64,000 nt of DNA from Octopus sinensis. Its lineage: Eukaryota. Positions 54,550 through 64,000 of the stretch are shown one piece after another. The translations under genes and the position numbers were made by a program. The first letter of the stretch is position 1, and the number at the start of each line of letters is the position of its first letter. Location of the stretch: contig NC_042999.1 of NCBI RefSeq assembly GCF_006345805.1, positions 46,686,001-46,750,000 of the forward strand, written 5' to 3'. The notes under the pieces are model-generated. The model was not told the origin of the DNA. It did not search any database and worked only from the letters and a program-made list of their open reading frames with translations.

Positions 54550-56750
54550 AATTTGGATTTTATCCTTAGAAAACCTAGATCGATGGAGCAAACTATTATG
54601 GACATCTGACGCTCTATACATACTGTCCTTCCTACATATTCGTAGTATAATCTTTGCCTATTACACCACACTTGTTATAAACGCAATGCCAGGATTAAAA
54701 TACACAAGTTTTTTTTATGATTTCTTTTTCTCTGTTTCTAAGTATTCTCAGAATTCAAAATACTAGCAGTATGCACATTGTTGCGAATGAAATGATGCAT
54801 TATTTCTCTCATAACGATGCATCATAACTGTCATTAAGCTCCGATCACGTACTCATTGTAACTCGTTGTTGCAATACTTCATTTCGTGCAAAATTTGCTG
54901 CCTTAAATTTTTTTTCAAACAGATGATTGGAATCAAACTATACCTCTTAAGCTCAAATTTTCAGTAAACAAAATAAACAAAAGGAAATGAAACAAACAAA
55001 TGAAAAGGATACTTATTCCCGAGAGGTAAAAATTCCAATCGTTGTTCTTGTACGAATCAGTTTTGTTTCAAATGTAATATGTTTGCAGGCAGATAGTGAG
55101 ATCTTTGTACATTTCTAGTATTAAATGCTCTTATTTTCTTTAGTAATCTTGTATAGTGCATTCACATCTTGTTTTTTTTATTAATTTTTGACATCGTCAT
55201 GAACCTTGATAGTCTTTGATAGTTTCGTATCGTGAACATAGAGATAGCATCATTTTATATAATTGAGCAAATGTCAGAGAGAGTCACCCCGCCGACATTA
55301 GGCTTTTTCGTAGGACTCCACTGAGAATTTTTAGGTTTTCATATTTCCTTTGTCAGAACGCAGTTAGTTACAACTAATTAACTTTTGCCTCTTGATATTC
55401 CATGCAAATACACAGTTTGCCAACTACGCCGATATTGCATTGTTTATATATTGTTTCATGATTGCCTCTTCCGCAGATATTCGTAAAATGAAGATGCACC
55501 ACTTCCACGTTAGAATGGTTGAACAACTATTTCAATACCCAGTCCTAATGCTGAAAAATCTAACACGTGTGATACATTTATCTCGGACAAAAGCCGTGCT
55601 GAGTGTTAGAATGGCGTTTTGTGGTAAGAGTGTATCCAATCTATTTCTGGTAGATTGGTTCGTTTTCCTTGTCGGAAGTGATCGTCAAATATAACCTCGA
55701 GATCTGAGGCAACCACTGGAGATACAATGTATATATAACTAGACCGAGCTGCTTCATATCTACGTATCATTAGTGTACCATTTGCAGATAGGTTATAGTA
55801 TAACTTCTTTTAACTCAGTGAAGGGTTTTCCAATTAAAAGGAATATTTAAACAACATGTGAAATGAACTGCTTGCATATTTTAAAGGTAAATTGTACGGA
55901 ATTCATCGGAGCATATTGCTTAGTGTAGGTTCATTTCGTCTATAAGACATAATACAGTCGATAGTTGTCTCTTACTGTAGTGCTTGAAGAACGTAACAAG
56001 TGTTTTTATGTGGGAGTTTTAACACGAGGTTTTTCATTTAAGGATTCAAGGTCTTTGACCTCCGAAATACCTTAAGTGCTAAATTTTAATATTCCTGCAA
56101 AACATTTAACACACGTTGCTTGCCTCATAAACATAAATAGTTTATGTCATTTCCTTGCACTAAGTGACTTTTAGCACTGATGTTTACGAGAATCTCTTTT
56201 TAAATCATTATCCAAGTTATTTTGGTCTAGCTGGTTAAGTTCGAATACTTGTGGAGAACGATAATCTGCGCTGCTTGTTGGACTTTGCATCATTAAGTAT
56301 ACCATATTATGACGCGGGGTACAATGTTGGAGCCACTTACATATGGGTGAAATTAGCGTTACTTCAGAGTTAGAGATTTAATATTACCTGCACCTTGTAG
56401 GATGAAGTAAAATATGTTTTACTGTTGGCAAGTTTAAGTAACATATCCATTTCTCCTTGTTCATTTAGGAGAGAATGTCGTCTAGAGGTAAAAAACACGA
56501 AAGTAAATTTACTTACATGTTTAAAACTTTTGTAAATACCGCTTTCTTTTCGGAAGTGGTTTTCAAGAATAACCTCATTATTTGAATAACTGCTGGACGA
56601 TATGCTGTACATATTATTCGATCGAGTTGTTTTACATGTACCATTAGTTTGTCAGAAGCAGAATTTAAGTATTGCGGCAGAAATAAGGATGTGACCAATC
56701 CGTGAATTTACGTGACAACTCCAACATGACTCTTTTCTTCCTTATCAGGA
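54550..56750 (-). mobile_element. Decayed CR1/L2/Jockey-type LINE (APE endonuclease plus RT)
   Basis: IICTAYRP (APE-like) at ~56600; TQHGFCP...DWVLK.L.NHSNVEVVHLHF (RT) at ~55420-55610. Confidence 0.7.
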
Positions 56751-57898
56751 TGTATTGCAATACAATTTTGTTTACGTATTTGAGAATATGCTACGTTCAT
56801 TTGTAAATACATTTCTCTAAGTGCCATATATATTGCTTGATTGATTGCGGTCATAACCAACAGATAGGGAATGCTCTTTCTCTAATATTCAATAGTAGAA
56901 TTGGTGTAACACTTGCAGAAACGTTTATGGTATATTTCTTTTTATTTGATCAAACTACATTACTGGCTACAATGTTGGTGCTTTACAAGAATATACTTTA
57001 TATTTAAATCGCGTAGTTTCTTCATATGGACAATCTTATGGAGAACGGAAATTTCGAAAACTATGCATATCGCCCACCTATTTTATGCCATAGAATATTC
57101 AGCAGGCATCTGCTTGTGTTTTGAGGCATATCATTAATTGCATTGCATTTATGGTTTTATTTCCTTCTCGGTAAGTTTACCACATAACATTCATAATAAA
57201 ATACGAAATGCATTCTCGACATTATATTTATTGAGCATTAGATGTGGAAACCGTTGATAAAATTTTATATACGTTACATATCTTAGTCCAGCATTTAGTA
57301 ATTGCCATCCCCACTCAACTTTTAAACTCACCTAAATAACAGATTCTTTTATATGTCTAATACATCAAGATCAGGCAGCTAATGTAGAGTGATATACATG
57401 AACGTATAGTAGTACACACACGTATCCATGCATACATAGACGCGAATGCATTTATTTTTATAGATATGAATAGTATGAACATACATACACATACACAAAA
57501 TATAAATTTATATTCATGAATTAATATAAGTATAGGAACGTGTATGTGTGTGCAGTAGAGCGACGGATCGTTTGCTCCGTTTGCAGAACTGCATAATAGA
57601 CAAATGTTCGTGTAAGATGATAATACCTCTTCAGCTCATTCTCGAGGAGATACATGAAAAAATAACGCCCACACTTGCACGCATGCGTATCTAATTGTCA
57701 TAGGATTCATATTTCGTAAATATAACGAGACATATTCCTTTTGCGAAGTCTAGCAGAGCGCACAATGACACAGGATAATAACACAAACTGTAACATAGTA
57801 ATAGATAACAGGAATTTAAAAAAAATGATATGTAAAACACTACCTAGATACATTGTCCAAAAACATTTGTGTATATGTATGTATGAATGTATATATAT

Positions 57899-57998
57899 AT
57901 AGTAGAAGACACTTGCCCAAGGTGCCACGCAGTGGGACTGAACCCGGATCCATGTGGTTGGTAAGCAGGTTACTTACCACACAACCACTCCTACGCCT
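57899..57998 (-). mobile_element. SINE family B head
   Basis: Reverse complement of 14425-14525. Confidence 0.9.
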
Positions 57999-58262
57999 AT
58001 ATTCTAAATTTCTCTGTTATGAACATTTTAATTTGTGAACATTGAACATTTTAAAGAATTTTTCGAATTCATAATTCTAAATGTTTACCATTGATAAACA
58101 AAAAATATTGTTGAAACTAGTTTGGTATAAATGTAAATATATTTCTTCCAAACACTTAGAAGTTTTTCACATTTAGGTGAATTTTCAACAATAAATTTGC
58201 CTATATTTTCTCCTGCGTAGAAATACACCCCTGATTTGTTATGCTCACATACATATATACAT

Positions 58263-58303
<41 letters not shown>

Positions 58304-58399
58304 CATGCATACATACATATGTATATACATATATGCATACATACATATATACGTATATATCTACGAATACGCACAACAGCTTAGAAAAATATACATACA

Positions 58400-58527
<128 letters not shown>

Positions 58528-58610
58528 ATTAGGGCTTAGTAAAATAAATGGTCCTTTTACATACTGAACACTTGGTGAAATTGATTAATTAATTTTACCC
58601 TCAATTGTTG

Positions 58611-58645
<35 letters not shown>

Positions 58646-60110
58646 ATATATATATAAAATAAGAAACTTTAGTACATTCTGTCCAAAATCCAACATACTT
58701 GTCAGGCATTTTCAAGAATTGCTTCTTTGATTTATTGTGCATCAATATATTTATCAATATACTTTATATTATTTCTGTGTAAAGTAATTTGATACCGCTT
58801 AGATATTTGATTAATTGATAACATGTTATGTTTTCCTTATTTCAGAAATTTCTAACTAAATGGCGACTCACAAATCAACTGTGGTTCTTTTAGATCTGTA
58901 CTCGTTGTAATGCATCTTAAAACTACGCATAAAGTAGTCGATGTTTTAGAAGCATGCACAAAATACAATTTTATCTAATTGACTCATGATTCCTCTTCAG
59001 TTCACTTTAAAATGTGCTGTCTTATTTTGTTTGGATTTTCCTAATAATGTGTTCCTTGTTTCAGAGACACACGGGAGGATGACATCATGCATTCATGATT
59101 AAATATTTCACAATTTTGATATATGAACTTAATTATATCGCCTTCATGGGTGAGTAAAAGTTGCCAAGCATTCTCTGTTTCATACACAAGAAAAGAAAAC
59201 AATCCACATAATTTAACGTATAAATCGAATAAATCATTTATTTTAAATAGTAGTAGCACAGGATACATTTGACTGTATTAAATTTTCCAATCTAAACATT
59301 CGGAAGTATTGAGATTGAAGACCCAATTCAATAATATTAATCAATTATTAAAGAATTTATAATTCTCTCGATTCAATATGCTTCAATTTCCGATACTAAA
59401 CCCCAAATTTCTAATTTTGATTAGATTATCGTATTCTAAGCATGTTTGTCTGTTTTCCGTTATATCTATTCACAACGTATGCATTAATAAAATAAAAGTG
59501 ACGAAAAGAGAAATAAATCGGAAAAAATTGAAAACAAAACATCAACATCATTATCAACATCATCGTCGTCATCATCATCCTCGTCGTCATCATCATCATC
59601 ATCATCATCATCATTAACAACAGCAGCGACAAGTCAACAGCAGGAGAAACAGAGATATTTACAACGTAACTAAACAAAAGACAAGTATATTAAAATTAAC
59701 ATTAGGTTAATTTGTGCTGTTTAAAATTATCTTTTAATTCATTGCATCTATATTAGAAACTACCAAATAGCTTAAGGAAGAAACGAATTATTATATTCAA
59801 TGTGGAATTCTTATCTCGTAACTATAATCGAATTTATTACAAAGTAAATGAATTTCAGTTATAGAAATTAGTGAAAATGAATATTACAATGTATTTTGTT
59901 GGATTAGGAAAAAAATTAATTAAGCTATATAACTTATTATGCAATACATGTAATCAGATAATATTTCCATTAATTGATTGATTATCAGTGGCATGTACGT
60001 GTAAATGTGTAAATGCATGCATTATATATATATATATAGATACATGTATGCATGTATATATATATGTATGTATGTATGTATATATATATGTCTGTCTGTC
60101 TGTCTGTCTG

Positions 60111-60146
<36 letters not shown>

Positions 60147-60263
60147 GACAGACATATATGAGAGTACGTATTTGAATGTATACATATATATGTATGTGTG
60201 TGTGTGAGCGAGGGAGTGTGTGTGTGTTTGCGTGTGTATTCCTATATGGATATACAAGAATGC

Positions 60264-60715
60264 ATGCAGGAGTGGATGTGTGGTAAGTAGCTTGCTTACC
60301 AACCACGTGATACCGGGTTCAGTTCCACTGCGGGGCACCTTGGGCAAGTATCTTCTACTATACCCTTCGTCCGGCCAAAGCCTTGTGAGTGGATTTGCTA
60401 GACGGAAACCGAAAGAAGTCCGTCGGATATATATATATACATGTATGTACGTGTTTGTGTTTGTCACCCCACTATCGCAGGACAATATATATATATGACG
60501 TGTTTTTCTTTTAGTTACACTAAGACTTGGGTCGGCCCGAGGATATAACAGAAACACTGAACCCGGAACCATAAGTTTGGGGAGCAAGCGTCTTATATGT
60601 GTTGCAAGACGCGCTGGCGTGTGTTTGTGGTAAAAGTTTTTTTTCTTCCCAGCTACATGATTTCGGTTACATTTCCACAACTTGGCGCAGTCCAATGACT
60701 GAAATAAGTATATAT
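60264..60715 (+). mobile_element. SINE family B, rearranged (inverted head fragment at ~60525-60590)
   Basis: 5' 200 bp match 14425-14640; 3' end GCAGTCCAATGACTGAAA. Confidence 0.8.
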
Positions 60716-62549
60716 ACGAGCCAGTGAGATCGGTGTTTTATGACTAGTATACAAGACTGTGGTTACAGCCATCTTGTGACTAATGTCTCCAAGCTGACCT
60801 GTTGAAGCGAAATGCACACTTACTGCCTATAATTTCATATGCAACGTTGTTGCTGATCTGCTTGTTTCTGAGCAGCTTATGTTTTTTTTTCCTTTTATAA
60901 AATATATATTGGTGTTGGATACTTTTTGAACATAAATTGCACCGGTTTTAAGTGTCATTCTTGGAACGAGTGTGGTATATCTAAATCTACTTACTGACTT
61001 ATTAAATATTTTCTCTGCATCAGTGGTTTGAACACTTACTCCAGATTTTATATGACTTTCAGTTAAACGGATGTAAATCACAAAGCTACATATTAACTGA
61101 TGCATTTCCATGTATTGGGTTATAATTACACATGAGCTCGTAATCCACAGAATACAACTCTGTTTCGACATATACAGTTCTTTTCTATTTTCTGTTCAGT
61201 TTTTTAAACGACTGTGTGTTTGTAGAACTAAAAGGTTTTCTTTATATGGTTCCTCTTAAATTATTATGGTACTATTCATCGATCAAAGAATGGAATGACT
61301 TTTATCAACCATGATATAATGTTACAGACGAATGGTTGGTAATAACCATACCGTATATTTTTGGTGGGGCAGATTTTATTTTCGGTTATAGCAGATGAAT
61401 AACATACTGGGTTTTCTCTCTTTTAGTACCATTCCGGCTTGCTTCAGAACTCTAGTTATTTTGGGGAGTCTATTCTTCGTTGAAGCAAGCAGCAGTTTTA
61501 GATGGTTCAATAAAGAGCCGTTCGAATTAAGATCAATCAAACTAACCTATAAACTCAGGAGATGTCACTGATAACTATCTACTAGAATCTGGCAGATTGC
61601 ACTAAGAGCTGCAGAGAGGTATGGAAGAAGAAAAGTCTTACTATGTGAAAACACCGGGAGAAATATCCATTAATATACTAAATGTAGCAAGCAAAGACAT
61701 TTTACTTAACCCTTATTACACCAATCAAGCGAGGAGAATCATTATTCAATCTAATTCAAGAAAGGTAGGATAAAGAATTATATAGATATTCTACGCGTGT
61801 GCAGTAGCACTAAAAATATGTTATCCATAATCACATTTAATATACTCTGCCTATATTTATCCAAAATACTGAAACGTACGGCGGCTGCAGTCACTAAAAT
61901 TCGGTTAAGCAACCTAATAAGATTCAAATAAAGGCGGTCGATAGCTGATATTTTGTAGCGATAAACACGATTCAATTGACAAATATATGATCCTATAGTC
62001 AATATAATTGGCAATGATAAATATCAGAAATATTTCGATCAGTCTTCAGAAACGTATCAAAACTATTAAATTGATCCTGGATAGAGATATCGCATAGATT
62101 ATAAGACTCACTAAAACTGACAACGAAACTAAAAGCACAAGTAGAATATTCTCAAGCTATATTGTTTCCGACCATGGTCAGAAATAGTGAACATACCAAT
62201 GAATAAATCACTGAACATCAGTCCTCATCGTAATAATCCCTTGCGGCTACATTAGGAAATTTGACAGCCATTCTGCTGATAAATGCTTGAGCGATTCTTT
62301 GGTAACACAATCTGTATGAAATGGTGTTGGGTGATGTGGAATTATGATGCATAAAATATTTCTACACATGGTGAAATTATCATCTCCCAAGTATTTAGTA
62401 GAATAGTTCAAAGTAAATAAATAATATAAGTTTGAGCCAAACTTATATTCTACAGATACACAGAGAATGTGATACGCTGAAGATGATTCCCAGAACCTGT
62501 ATCTATTTTTATGAAACACATTAAGGTAATTTTTGACGGAGATGTACTT

Positions 62550-62770
62550 GCATAGCAAGTGACCTGATCTGAGATCGTGTGCTGGAACGAAAACAATTAC
62601 AGCATGGAAGGTGTTTATAAGCCATTTAAGAAATACAGAAAAACCGTTCGATTCACTTCAACATTCAAATTTAATTTGTCAAAATATTTTCGTCCCTTTG
62701 AGACTGCGACCTGTTCACTGACAAAACTCCGTGCTGCGACGAAAATATTTTGACAGATTAAATTTAAATT
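62550..62770. repeat. Interspersed repeat with a 28-bp inverted repeat
   Basis: 62667-62694 pairs with 62738-62765. Confidence 0.6.
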
Positions 62771-63432
62771 AAGGTAGTGAATTGGCAGATTATTTAAGGG
62801 AACTTTAAATATGTCTTGTAGTATATATTTCGTTTTTTTTCTGTTCAGATACTACCGCGACCTTTTTTGCCCTTCGATAAGGGAAAGAATCTATCAAGTA
62901 CTGGTGTCAATTTACCAAACGAACCCATACCTCTAAAACTGTCGAAGTACTACGGTAGTTGCTTGTGTACATAAGTTTTAAGTATCCACGCTGAGTGGGG
63001 ATATGGATCTCCTTTCTTTTCTAACTTTAAAATGCTTTCCTCTAACTTGTGTAGAACACATATTTAAGTTTATTTTGATCCCTCTCAGCCTTATATCCCT
63101 TTAAAATCCTCTCAGATAACATCGCAGTATATAAATTCTTTACATGACATACATCCAGGGGATTGTTTCTGGAGATTCTGAGTGCACATTTGAGTGTATT
63201 TTTGATTTTATTGCCACATTTCTGTTATCATTGTGAACACGCGTGTATAGGTATGCAAATGTACCCGGGATAGGGATATACATTTGAATTTCACATATAG
63301 TCGACGCGAGGGTATTCCACACTACTTCCGTCTATTTATTGGTACTATCAAAATTTTGGTTAATTGGAGGGCAGCATAATACTTGCCCAACTTTCCACGC
63401 AGAGTAATCGAACCTAGAATATTTGAATATGG

Positions 63433-63824
63433 TTTTCTACTCTAGACACAAGGCCCCATATTTTGGGGAAGTGGGCCAGCGATAAGATCGACCCCAGTAC
63501 GCAACTGGTGCTTAATTTATTGACCCTGAAAGGATGAAAGGCAAAGTCGACCTCAGCGGAATTTGAACTCAGAACGTAGCGGTAGACGAAATACTCATTT
63601 CTTTACTACCCACAAGGGGCTAAATACATAGGACAAACAAGGACAGACAAACGGATTAAGTCGATTATATCGACTCCAGTGCGTAACTGGTACTTATTTA
63701 ATCGACCCCAAAAGGATGAAAGGCAAAGTCGATCTCGGCGGAATTTGAACTCAGAACGTAGCGGCAGACGAAATGCCGCCAAACATTTCGCCCGGCGTGC
63801 TAAGGTTTCTGCCAGTTCCCCGCC
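63433..63824 (-). mobile_element. SINE family C, dimeric form
   Basis: Same two-core layout as 24451-24835. Confidence 0.9.
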
Positions 63825-64000
63825 TTACAATATTAGAATATTATGTAATCAAATCCAACATTTCTTCGAATGTTAACAATATATTTCCCATTTGCCGGTC
63901 ATTCTAACGATTTTTCAAGAGACACAACGTGACAAAGTTTAGCAACCTATTTTTTAATACACATTGAGCATGATTACTCATCGAGATTAAATTGTTCATC

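Noticed and set aside
54336-54671. 111-aa Cys-containing minus-strand ORF
   Set aside because: It partly overlaps the decayed LINE 3' region, has no recognisable domain and no convincing donor site.
55477-55623. Plus-strand exon candidate with good splice sites and an open frame
   Set aside because: The opposite strand reads as decayed LINE RT (QHGF...DWVLK...VEVVHL), so it is antisense transposon sequence.
59985-60695. 236-aa minus-strand ORF
   Set aside because: It spans a SINE and microsatellites, with no protein-like composition.
62030-62056. CTGAAGA...GAAA in close proximity (similar case at ~7345-7370)
   Set aside because: There is no stem II or stem I pairing.

Overview
AT-rich, repeat-dense eukaryotic DNA. 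The (TA)n/(TAA)n/(CA)n density and the SINE families are most consistent with an octopus/cephalopod genome (inference from memory of such repeats; no database search was run). I cannot support an intact host gene, a true tRNA/rRNA gene or a CRISPR array; the window reads as intronic or intergenic, with a few weak candidate exons. It contains: (i) five fragments of R4/Dong-type non-LTR retrotransposons (RT, CCHC-type finger, restriction-like endonuclease), most abutting (TAA)n-type tracts; (ii) several Penelope-like element (PLE) remnants; (iii) two mariner remnants and a Tc1/maT-like remnant; (iv) a decayed CR1/L2/Jockey-type LINE; (v) at least four SINE families, including nested and dimeric copies; (vi) several inverted repeats and a 674-bp tandem duplication. 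Most ORFs in the supplied track are microsatellite or repeat artefacts. The most interesting signal is a set of five unrelated minimal type-I hammerhead ribozyme motifs (2734-2779, 33709-33744, 35390-35432, 36207-36292, 50653-50723) plus decayed ones. Each has its own base-paired stems, and four have a self-complementary stem-III, the architecture known from PLE hammerheads that cleave as dimers. Repeat boundaries are read by eye and are approximate unless stated exactly.
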